DNA from: a virus
IMG/VR virus record: IMGVR_UViG_3300045988_026391
Span: 1 to 37,548 of that record
Length of the DNA: 37,548 nucleotides
Direction: 5' to 3' (one strand)
Position numbers and translations under genes: made by a program. Of this stretch, positions 14,821 through 21,687 are shown piece after piece (position 1 is the first letter of the stretch; each line of letters opens with the position of its first letter). The notes beneath the pieces were generated by a model. The model did no database searches and was not told the origin of the DNA. It saw nothing but the letters and a program-made list of their open reading frames with translations.

Positions 14821-15390
14821 ATGAAAGAAATTTGGAAGCTAGTTGTTGGGTATGAGGGGCTCTATGAAGTATCAAACATTGGTAGAGTGAGGAGCTTAGC
14901 CAGAATCGTTGAATGTAATGATGGCCGCAAGCGTAAAATAAAAGATAGAACACTCAAAAGCTCCCGTAACAGTGGTGGTTATTCTGGAATCACTCTTCAC
15001 AAAGACGGTTTTACAAAATCCGTTAATATTCACCGTATTGTCGCCGAAGCATTTGTTCCTAACCCCTTAGAAAAGGAAGAGGTGAACCACAAGGACGAAA
15101 ACCCAAGCAACAATCACGCAAACAACTTAGAATGGGTGACTCACAAAGAAAATTTAAATTACGGCAAGCGTTCGGAACGGGCGAGGAAGGCAATAGTTGA
15201 AGCACAAGGAAGGGCAGTGCGGCAGCTATCTAGAGATGGTGAGTTAGTTGCAGAATACGAAAGTTTGTCTGCGGCTTGTAATGCAACAGGCACTCATGTG
15301 TCTAATATAGTAAAGTGCGCCAAGGGTATATACAAAACAGCTGGCGGGTACATTTGGAAATATAAAAAAGAAACAATGGAGGAAAAATAA
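14821..15390 (+). CDS. Free-standing HNH homing endonuclease 3, inserted between erf and ssb
   Basis: EIWKLVVGYEGLYEVSNIGRVRS, VNHKDENPSNNHANNLEW, and C-terminal RQLSRDGELVAEYESLSAACNATGTHVSNI. Confidence 0.85.
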   Translation: MKEIWKLVVGYEGLYEVSNIGRVRSLARIVECNDGRKRKIKDRTLKSSRNSGGYSGITLHKDGFTKSVNIHRIVAEAFVPNPLEKEEVNHKDENPSNNHANNLEWVTHKENLNYGKRSERARKAIVEAQGRAVRQLSRDGELVAEYESLSAACNATGTHVSNIVKCAKGIYKTAGGYIWKYKKETMEEK

Positions 15391-15392
15391 TT

Positions 15393-15731
15393 ATGGATAT
15401 TCAAAACCGTGGATGGATTAACTTCAACGACAAATACAACAAAAAAACTGACAAATTCATGTCAGCTAGTATGTCTTTCTCAAATGGGAAAGACGAACAA
15501 GGCAATTGGGTGAACGGTTATATCAATATTGTCGCTTTTGGTGACAATATTGCAAAACTAGAAGCATCAATTGGTAACCTTGTTGAAATCAAAGGTCGCT
15601 ATTCTCACAAGAAAGCGGATGAAAAGGGGGTGTATCCACAAATCGCAATTACAGAATTCTTAACAGAAGTTGAAACAAATCCATTTGGTAGTCAATCTGT
15701 TGATATTTCAGATATTGATATGCCATTTTAA
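15393..15731 (+). CDS. ssb: Single-stranded DNA-binding protein (short OB-fold type)
   Basis: The acidic C-terminal tip ..VDISDIDMPF is typical of the SSB protein-interaction tail. Position is next to erf. Confidence 0.7.
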   Translation: MDIQNRGWINFNDKYNKKTDKFMSASMSFSNGKDEQGNWVNGYINIVAFGDNIAKLEASIGNLVEIKGRYSHKKADEKGVYPQIAITEFLTEVETNPFGSQSVDISDIDMPF

Positions 15732-15788
15732 ATCGTTAATAAAATAAAATAAATTATAGAATAAAATCGTTATCTTTTTTTTAAATTA

Positions 15789-15813
15789 GGGGAGTGAAAA
15801 CTTCCCTTTTTTT
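15789..15813 (+). terminator. Rho-independent terminator after ssb
   Basis: GGGGAGT pairs with ACTTCCC (one G-U pair) across loop GAAA, followed by T7. Confidence 0.7.
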
Positions 15814-15823
15814 AGGTTTACTA

Positions 15824-15853
15824 TTGACAATCATACACAATATAATGTATAAT
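15824..15853 (+). promoter_or_regulatory. Promoter P4 (TTGACA-18-TATAAT)
   Basis: -35 at 15824-15829 and -10 at 15848-15853. A second TATAAT at 15841 has only an 11-nt spacer. Confidence 0.65.
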
Positions 15854-15881
15854 TAAATTATAAAAAAGGGGTGGTTTATTA

Positions 15882-16043
15882 TTGAAAGAGAGACGAAAAG
15901 TTAAGCATTACAGAATGTACATGCAAAGTATGAATTGGAAGTATGGTGGTTATTCCGATTATGAGTGGGACTTTTATAGGAAAGTTCAAAAATCATGGAA
16001 ATACCAAAGTAAAAGAAAGAGACAATATAAAGGAGAAAACTAA
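15882..16043 (+). CDS. Possible small, very basic protein (53 aa, TTG start)
   Basis: GGGGTGG lies before TTG 15882. Open to TAA at 16041-16043, which overlaps the prim-pol ATG (TAATG). K/R/Y/W-rich. The start is uncertain. Confidence 0.35.
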   Translation: MKERRKVKHYRMYMQSMNWKYGGYSDYEWDFYRKVQKSWKYQSKRKRQYKGEN

Positions 16044-16870
16044 TGGAGAATATGTTACGATTTGCGCTAGGTTATGCTCGAAGAGGGTTTGATGTTGTTC
16101 CGTTGATACCAAATACTAAACGCCCAATACAGAAGTTTGCTGACAGACCACCAATGACTGAAGAAGAAATTATAGAGGTATGGACAAAGACACCAAATGC
16201 AAACATTGCCTTAAAGACAATAGATTTTTTTGTAGTTGATATTGACACGCACGGAGAAGCAAACGGATACCAATCATTAAAAAACTGGGAACACGTCAAA
16301 AAGATACCTCGCACAAGCCAAGTTATCAGTGCTAGTGGCGGTAAGCACTTATATTTTAAGAAGCCAGTTGGGTTCGAATTACCGCAAAAAATTGCATTTT
16401 TAGACGGTGTAGACATCAAAGCTCATGTTAATAATTATGTCGTAGCGCCACCAAGCGTTATCGGTGATTCATTTTATAAGTGGGATATGGATAATTCTCT
16501 GGATAACCTAGAGTTTGCCATGGCTACAGATGAATTTGTCAAGGCGATTAAGGAGACAGATGGTATTGAGGACGAGAAAAACCAATACAAAGGTGCTCTT
16601 AGCAAGTTTAAAGGAGACGGTCAGAAGGTTTCTAAAGTGACACAAGCTGTCAATGAGTGTCTTAAAGGGCTAGGTGGTGAAGGCGCTCGGAATAATACAG
16701 TGGCAAGTTATGTTGGTAAACTTATTTCGATGGGTATTGAAAAAGAAATTGTTGTTGTATTAGTCAATATCATGAACAGCAAGAGCCAAAAGCCACTTGG
16801 AGCTAAGGAACTACACAATACAATTGAGTCTATGTACAATACAGATAGAAGATATAGTAAAACGCAGTAA
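16043..16870 (+). CDS. Bifunctional primase-polymerase (prim-pol) domain protein
   Basis: FALGYARRGFDVVPLIPNTKRP, FVVDIDTHG (DxD) and SGGKHLYF motifs are typical of the archaeo-eukaryotic-type prim-pol N-terminal domain. Confidence 0.75.
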   Translation: MENMLRFALGYARRGFDVVPLIPNTKRPIQKFADRPPMTEEEIIEVWTKTPNANIALKTIDFFVVDIDTHGEANGYQSLKNWEHVKKIPRTSQVISASGGKHLYFKKPVGFELPQKIAFLDGVDIKAHVNNYVVAPPSVIGDSFYKWDMDNSLDNLEFAMATDEFVKAIKETDGIEDEKNQYKGALSKFKGDGQKVSKVTQAVNECLKGLGGEGARNNTVASYVGKLISMGIEKEIVVVLVNIMNSKSQKPLGAKELHNTIESMYNTDRRYSKTQ

Positions 16871-16898
16871 ATAAATTTAAACTTTTTTCAAAAAAGTG

Positions 16899-16926
16899 TT
16901 GACAATATATAAAAATATGATATACT
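16899..16926 (+). promoter_or_regulatory. Promoter P5 (TTGACA-16-TGaTATACT) with the conserved cassette
   Basis: 16876-16904 reads TTTAAACTTTTTTCAAAAAAGTGTTGACA. Extended -10 TG at 16918-16919, TATACT at 16921-16926. Confidence 0.75.
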
Positions 16927-16958
16927 ATATATATAAAGAAACAAAGGAGAAAACAAAA

Positions 16959-17123
16959 ATGAAAGAATTTGAAGTAAAATTTATCGAAAACGGAAAAGAA
17001 ATTGACAATTTTGTTATCGATGCCGATAACATCGAAGAAGCAAAAACAACTGCTTTAGAACTAGCTCATGCAGATGGTGTATGGAGTGACAAACTTGAAA
17101 TTAAAGTAGCGAAGGAGTTTTAA
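16959..17123 (+). CDS. Hypothetical 54-aa acidic protein with its own promoter, lying between prim-pol and the primase/helicase
   Basis: AAAGGAGAAAACAAAA precedes ATG 16959. The track start at 16896 lies in the promoter. Confidence 0.55.
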   Translation: MKEFEVKFIENGKEIDNFVIDADNIEEAKTTALELAHADGVWSDKLEIKVAKEF

Positions 17124-17127
17124 AATC

Positions 17128-18477
17128 ATGGGAGAAGTAGTTAAAATGGAAAAAACAGTTAGCAATTCGTCTTTAAAACTGGATAAGAACGGAATTCCAG
17201 TTAGCAATTCTATTTATAACGTTAAAACGTTACTTTTAAACGCAGATGTATTCGCTGATAATTTAGCATTCAACGAGTTCACGCAAGAGCCAGAGGTAAT
17301 CAACGACTTTTATTTGAATGGCACTTTAATTCCAAAAGGCTCAATCAAACCAAGTTTTGAGGATATCCTTTCAGAATATTTTGAAACAGAGCTTGATGTC
17401 GTGTTCAAACCAACTGCAATCACTGGAGCGCTCAATATTTTTTGGGATACTAAGAAGTACAATCCAGTTAAGGAGTATATGGAACAAGCCTTAGAGAGCT
17501 GGGACGGAAAAGAACGACTCAAAACAGTGTTTAATTACTGGCTTGGTGCTGAAGTTAATGAAACGACAGAAACTATTGCCAAGGTATTCTTTACAAGCGC
17601 CGTAGCCAAGGTTTACGAGCCACTCACAAAGGTGGATACAGTCCTAGACTTAGTCGGTGGGCAAGGCGTTGGGAAGACTTCATTCTTAGCTAAGATTGCC
17701 CGTGGCTGGTATACTTCCAACGCCATTAGCTTTACGGATAAGGACTCTTATAACGTTATGCTTAAAGCTTTAATCGTGAATGATGACGAGATGACAGCTT
17801 CTAAACGAATGAATTTTGAGGAAACCAAGTCTTTTATTTCTAAGACGGTTTTGGAGTTCCGCAAATCTTATGATAGACGTGGTGCTTCATACGCAAAGAA
17901 CTTTGTTATTGCACGAACAACAAACAATATTGAATATTTAAAAGACAACACTGGTGACCGACGATTTATGCCGATTTTAGTGAATCCAGAAGAGCAAAAG
18001 AAGCATCCAATGCAGATGACTGAAGAGGATATCATCCAAATTTGGGGCGAAGCGGTTTCACTTTATAAAAATGGATATGACTTAGACAGTTTTGATAAAC
18101 TGGATACAGAGCGTATTGAATACCAAGAAAACTTTAAGTACATCGACCCAATGGTTGAAGAAATTAACCAATATTTAGATTTGCTACTACCTGAAAACTT
18201 CAGTGAGTTAAATATCACACGACAAAGACAGCTAGCACAAAGCCAGCTTTACGGCTTTAAATACCAGTTGGTAGAAGATGGCACCTATGAACTAACTACT
18301 AAGCAAGATTTTGTGACTTTGAAGCAAATCGCTTACAACGTCTTTAATAAAGAAGCAACGGACAAAAAAATAATTAGCAGAATTAAAATTTGGATGGATA
18401 ACAATCCAGATTTTAAGAATACACGCAAAGCAGTGAGAGGCGGATATATTCGTGGGTATGAGCGAATCGAAAAGTAG
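17128..18477 (+). CDS. VirE-family (P4-type) primase-associated helicase / NTPase
   Basis: Walker A GGQGVGKTS and Walker B LIVNDDEM, followed by ..TTNN..YLKDNTGDRRFMPI, as in virulence-associated protein E-type phage primases. Confidence 0.75.
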   Translation: MGEVVKMEKTVSNSSLKLDKNGIPVSNSIYNVKTLLLNADVFADNLAFNEFTQEPEVINDFYLNGTLIPKGSIKPSFEDILSEYFETELDVVFKPTAITGALNIFWDTKKYNPVKEYMEQALESWDGKERLKTVFNYWLGAEVNETTETIAKVFFTSAVAKVYEPLTKVDTVLDLVGGQGVGKTSFLAKIARGWYTSNAISFTDKDSYNVMLKALIVNDDEMTASKRMNFEETKSFISKTVLEFRKSYDRRGASYAKNFVIARTTNNIEYLKDNTGDRRFMPILVNPEEQKKHPMQMTEEDIIQIWGEAVSLYKNGYDLDSFDKLDTERIEYQENFKYIDPMVEEINQYLDLLLPENFSELNITRQRQLAQSQLYGFKYQLVEDGTYELTTKQDFVTLKQIAYNVFNKEATDKKIISRIKIWMDNNPDFKNTRKAVRGGYIRGYERIEK

Positions 18478-18515
18478 TAAAGAATAAATATTCATTTATG
18501 CAGTAAAATGTATAA

Positions 18516-18870
18516 AAAAGTGACCACCAACTACGTGGTCATCGTAAAAAGTGACCACCAAACACGTGGTCATAATTCAATTTTTTTAGCAAAAAACCAT
18601 TAAATGACCAGCAAATTTAAAAAGTGACCAGCTTACGTGGCCGCCTCTTGAAGCCAGTTATACCAATGGTTTTGGCTATTTTATGGTAAAATAGTGACCA
18701 GCTTACGTGGTCATCGTAAAACCCAATAGTATCAAGGGTTTAAGCTATATAATATATAATATAACCACTAAATATAATATATATAATATATTTTAATTAT
18801 TATATATAATATTTATATATTGTTTTTATTTTATTTATAAGAGGTAAAAAAATGGTGGTTACGTGGTCAT
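18516..18870 (+). repeat. Iteron / AT-rich / 16-mer module, copy B (candidate origin and/or regulated promoter region)
   Basis: Four ~31-bp units start at 18516, 18547, 18619 and 18689, reading AAA(A/T)AGTGACCA(C/G)C..ACGTGG(T/C)C... The first two are exactly tandem. About 105 bp of A/T with (TA)n lies at 18745-18850. GTGGTTACGTGGTCAT lies at 18855-18870. Confidence 0.8.
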
Positions 18871-18879
18871 AAGTATAAA
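18855..18879 (+). promoter_or_regulatory. Conserved 16-mer followed after 3 nt by TATAAA; candidate factor-dependent middle promoter
   Basis: The same arrangement occurs at 8147-8170 (16-mer + 2 nt + TATAAA). There is no recognisable -35. It is the only promoter-like element upstream of gene 18908. Confidence 0.4.
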
Positions 18880-18907
18880 ATATGCAAACATACAATAGGA
18901 GAATAGA

Positions 18908-19315
18908 ATGGATAAAATGATTATTTTGAAAGAAGAAGAATACTTGGAACGCTGCTGGCAAGCAGAAACATGGAAGGAACTAGCTGGGGTAATTACTAAT
19001 TACACCTGGATTGCTACAGATGGGAATTCAGTAAGTATGCAACGTAAAATCACACGCACTAAACAGTATCTGAAGAACCGTATCTTGACTGAGAGCAAAA
19101 TCAGGAAACTAACTGGTGAGAGATTTGAGAAGCGTAAGGAACAAATTAAATTAACGTTTGTCATGGAAATTGATGAACAGCTTGGGAAAGCTACTCAACT
19201 TTGGCATTACAACAAGAAAGCTGATGAGGCTGGAATTCCAGAGAAAGAACGCATGGAATATTTTGTGAACAAAGCAACCAAGAAAGCAGAAAAATATTTT
19301 AAACTTTTTCAATAA
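18908..19315 (+). CDS. Hypothetical protein (135 aa), first middle gene
   Basis: AGGAG RBS. No motif recognised. The C-terminal codons (KYFKLFQ*) double as the upstream half of promoter cassette P6. Confidence 0.55.
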   Translation: MDKMIILKEEEYLERCWQAETWKELAGVITNYTWIATDGNSVSMQRKITRTKQYLKNRILTESKIRKLTGERFEKRKEQIKLTFVMEIDEQLGKATQLWHYNKKADEAGIPEKERMEYFVNKATKKAEKYFKLFQ

Positions 19316-19320
19316 AATAG

Positions 19321-19348
19321 TTGACAAATTAAATTATTTTGTTATAAT
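19321..19348 (+). promoter_or_regulatory. Promoter P6 (TTGACA-16-TGtTATAAT) with the conserved cassette
   Basis: 19297-19326 reads TTTTAAACTTTTTCAATAAAATAGTTGACA. Extended -10 TG at 19340-19341, TATAAT at 19343-19348. Confidence 0.8.
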
Positions 19349-19379
19349 GTATATATAAAGTAAAACAAAGGAGAGATGG

Positions 19380-19709
19380 ATGAATTTACTAGATAAAAAA
19401 CAGTATCAAGCTATCTTAATTAATTCAATCGGGAATGCTGAACGGTTTAAATTCTTGGTTGAAAATAATACATTTAAAAACTATGCTGGTGATCCAGTTG
19501 GAAAGGTTGTAAAGCTAAAAGCGACCGTAGACGTCCTAGAAACGTTTCTAAGCGTGGTTAAACATGGTAACGGAGAATTTGCCACGGAAGTCAAAGAGGA
19601 GCTTACAGAGCTTCTGAGAGCCTATCAGAGCGATTTAGAAAAAGCACGTGATAAGAAAGAGTATCATAAGAATTATTACAAAGAGCACAAAGGACAAAAA
19701 GGAGAATAG
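19380..19709 (+). CDS. Hypothetical protein (109 aa)
   Basis: AAAGGAGAG RBS. No motif recognised. Confidence 0.55.
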   Translation: MNLLDKKQYQAILINSIGNAERFKFLVENNTFKNYAGDPVGKVVKLKATVDVLETFLSVVKHGNGEFATEVKEELTELLRAYQSDLEKARDKKEYHKNYYKEHKGQKGE

Positions 19710-19711
19710 CT

Positions 19712-20029
19712 ATGTTTGGCAAGAAGAAAGAAACTAAGGAAGAAAAATTTGAAACATTGGTAGAACGTGCAGGTCTTGCAGGTTTGTTGAATGAAGCTAG
19801 CTCAAAGTTGTTTAAACGAGTGCATGACTCTAAAAAAGGCGTTGGGTTAATGGAAACATCAAATATCCTGACGGGTTCCGAACGTAACTGCCTTCGTACG
19901 ATTGTGGCTCAAAACAGTGTCATTCGAGAACAAAACGATATGATCATCCAACTGCTGGCACAAATTGCAAATAATACAAAACAAAGCGAAGGCATTAAAG
20001 TAGAGGTACGAGATGGACAAAGTTACTAA
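19712..20029 (+). CDS. Hypothetical protein (105 aa)
   Basis: ATG lies 2 nt after the previous stop, with an RBS inside the upstream gene (AAAGGAGAA). Confidence 0.55.
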   Translation: MFGKKKETKEEKFETLVERAGLAGLLNEASSKLFKRVHDSKKGVGLMETSNILTGSERNCLRTIVAQNSVIREQNDMIIQLLAQIANNTKQSEGIKVEVRDGQSY

Positions 20030-20351
20030 ACAATTTTATGAAGCCATGAAAGATGTTTTGCCACAACTTATTTTGAGTGATTCAAATTACAAGCGCTATC
20101 AAGTGGCTAGAGCTAAAGAAATTATTCCTCCTTTTGAATTGTTAATTGAATTGGTTGATTATATCCCAGCTGATATTGCCTTATCTGTTTTAAGAGCTAA
20201 AGAAGATTTTATTAATTACGGCTGGGAAATGGATGTGTATTTATACGCTATCAAGAAATTTGATACCGAGGAAACAAAACGACTTCGCCAAAAGCGCCGC
20301 AAAGCCGAACGTGATGCAAAGATTGCTAAATTAGGCTTAGATGAAGACTAA
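20013..20351 (+). CDS. Hypothetical protein (112 aa) with a basic C-terminal helix
   Basis: Overlaps the upstream gene by 17 nt. C-terminus KRLRQKRRKAERDAKIAKL. Confidence 0.5.
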   Translation: MDKVTKQFYEAMKDVLPQLILSDSNYKRYQVARAKEIIPPFELLIELVDYIPADIALSVLRAKEDFINYGWEMDVYLYAIKKFDTEETKRLRQKRRKAERDAKIAKLGLDED

Positions 20352-20362
20352 AGGGGAAAAAG

Positions 20363-21529
20363 ATGGAAAGTACTGAAAGAGATGAAATTATCAAGTCAAT
20401 GCTTGACCAAAATAAAAGCTGGTCTGAAATTGCTGAAGCTACTGGATACACACGCGCTGGAATCCGTTCATATGCTTACCGACAAGAATGGTATAAAGAC
20501 TTTAAGCGTGAAATTGGACGTCATTCAAATGAAGAACACAGAGACAGCTCAAGTTCTGTCACAAGTGAAATTATTCTGCAACGCAACGCAAAGGAATTGT
20601 TCACTGAAGCTGAACTACTGGAATTACACGGGTTTGACCCTAAGGAATTCAAAATTAAACATGTAACGTCAAACGAATGGACTACCCCACAAGATGAAGG
20701 CCAGTTTTATAACTACCAATCAAAAATTAGTGTAGTTCCTATTGCAGACGATGAAAAAACGCAAACAGAATTTTTTGAAGCACTTAAAGCAGAAGTGAAA
20801 CCCATCACGGTGAAACAAACGAGATTCGGAAAGAATAACGTCATTATCGCCTTGTCTGACATGCACTTCGGTGAAACAAAGATGCAAGATTTACAAGACA
20901 AACTAGTTGAAATAACTCAAACGTTGCAAAAAGGTTATAATAAAGTCGTCATCATGAACGCTGGTGACTTCTTCCATTCTGACGATATGTTCAGCAGTCG
21001 AACAATCTCTGGAACAGTATTAGAAACGGTCGACATGGTTAGCGCTGTCAATGATGCAAAGGCATTTATGGACGTTGTATTCAAATCTGCGCTTGAAAAT
21101 TCAAATCAAGTCGAATATCAATATGTAGCAGGAAATCATTCATCGTTCGAGTATTTCTTTAATGAGTATCTAATTGTTAAATATCCCGAAGCTACCATTG
21201 TCCAACATAACGAACTTTCAACCGCTTTCATGCTTGATAACGTTCTGATTGCGCTTGCTCATGGTCACAAAATTAAAAAGAATAATTTATCACAAGTTAT
21301 TTCATTTGAACACAGAGAGCTATGGGGACGTGCTTCAGAGGTACATTGCTTCACTGGTCACTATCACCAATTAGAAAGCCAGTCATTAAACGGTGTTATT
21401 GTTCACCAACTCGGAACACCAAAAAAAGCTGACACTTATGAACGCCAAAATGGTTGGATTGCAAGCCGTAAGTTAATTCAGCTATTCGAATTTGATTCGG
21501 ATAAGATGAAAACAGTCTATTACATTTAA
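20363..21529 (+). CDS. N-terminal HTH domain fused to a calcineurin-like metallophosphoesterase
   Basis: HTH-like KSWSEIAEATGYTRAGIRSYAYRQ. Metallophosphatase motifs in order: SDMHFG (DxH), AGDFFH (GD), AGNHS (GNH), LAHGH (H), TGHYH (GHxH). Confidence 0.7.
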   Translation: MESTERDEIIKSMLDQNKSWSEIAEATGYTRAGIRSYAYRQEWYKDFKREIGRHSNEEHRDSSSSVTSEIILQRNAKELFTEAELLELHGFDPKEFKIKHVTSNEWTTPQDEGQFYNYQSKISVVPIADDEKTQTEFFEALKAEVKPITVKQTRFGKNNVIIALSDMHFGETKMQDLQDKLVEITQTLQKGYNKVVIMNAGDFFHSDDMFSSRTISGTVLETVDMVSAVNDAKAFMDVVFKSALENSNQVEYQYVAGNHSSFEYFFNEYLIVKYPEATIVQHNELSTAFMLDNVLIALAHGHKIKKNNLSQVISFEHRELWGRASEVHCFTGHYHQLESQSLNGVIVHQLGTPKKADTYERQNGWIASRKLIQLFEFDSDKMKTVYYI

Positions 21530-21534
21530 CAAGC

Positions 21535-21559
21535 GAAGAGCGTTAGCTCTTTCTTTTTT
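21535..21559 (+). terminator. Rho-independent terminator ending the middle unit
   Basis: GAAGAGC pairs with GCTCTTC across loop GTTA, followed by T6A. Confidence 0.75.
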
Positions 21560-21560
21560 A

Positions 21561-21589
21561 TTTACAAAAATGTTGATAAATGGTAACAT
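21561..21589 (+). promoter_or_regulatory. Weak, extended -10 promoter candidate (TTTACA-17-TGgTAACAT) before the late operon
   Basis: -35 at 21561-21566, TG at 21581-21582, -10 TAACAT at 21584-21589. Clearly poorer than P1-P6. Confidence 0.4.
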
Positions 21590-21595
21590 ATTTAT

Positions 21596-21664
21596 AAATA
21601 GATGCCGTAAAGCATACGAATTAAAGCACAATATCAACGGGCGGTGTCATCACCGCTTTTTTTT
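21596..21664 (+). ncRNA. Candidate ~70-nt terminated leader or short RNA upstream of terS
   Basis: Runs from the predicted start to the T8 tract of the 21641 terminator. No ORF. Purely predicted. Confidence 0.3.
21641..21664 (+). terminator. Rho-independent terminator 24 nt upstream of terS
   Basis: GCGGTG pairs with CACCGC across loop TCAT, followed by T8. Confidence 0.75.
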
Positions 21665-21687
21665 AATACACGAAAGGGAAGAAAAGG

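Noticed and set aside
14787-14855. The 22-codon ORF upstream of HNH-3 as a real gene
   Set aside because: Beyond codon 8 it merely reads the HNH gene out of frame. Only its first ~7 codons and RBS are of interest, as a possible ssb-start remnant.
18516-18717. Possible CRISPR-like mini-array, because of the repeated ~31-bp units
   Set aside because: The units are palindromic iterons with irregular spacing (31, 72 and 70 bp). There is no repeat-spacer periodicity, and a paralogous set lies next to an AT-rich tract, so an origin or operator architecture fits better.
20382-20666. Alternative-frame + strand ORFs inside larger genes (20382-20666, 13376-13570, 22203-22385, 24584-24766, 33623-33856)
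   Set aside because: They are embedded out of frame in genes with clear motifs, and they have no RBS.
21573-21598. TTGATA ... TATAAA as the late promoter
   Set aside because: The spacer is only 14 nt. The TTTACA-17-TGgTAACAT reading fits better, though it remains weak.
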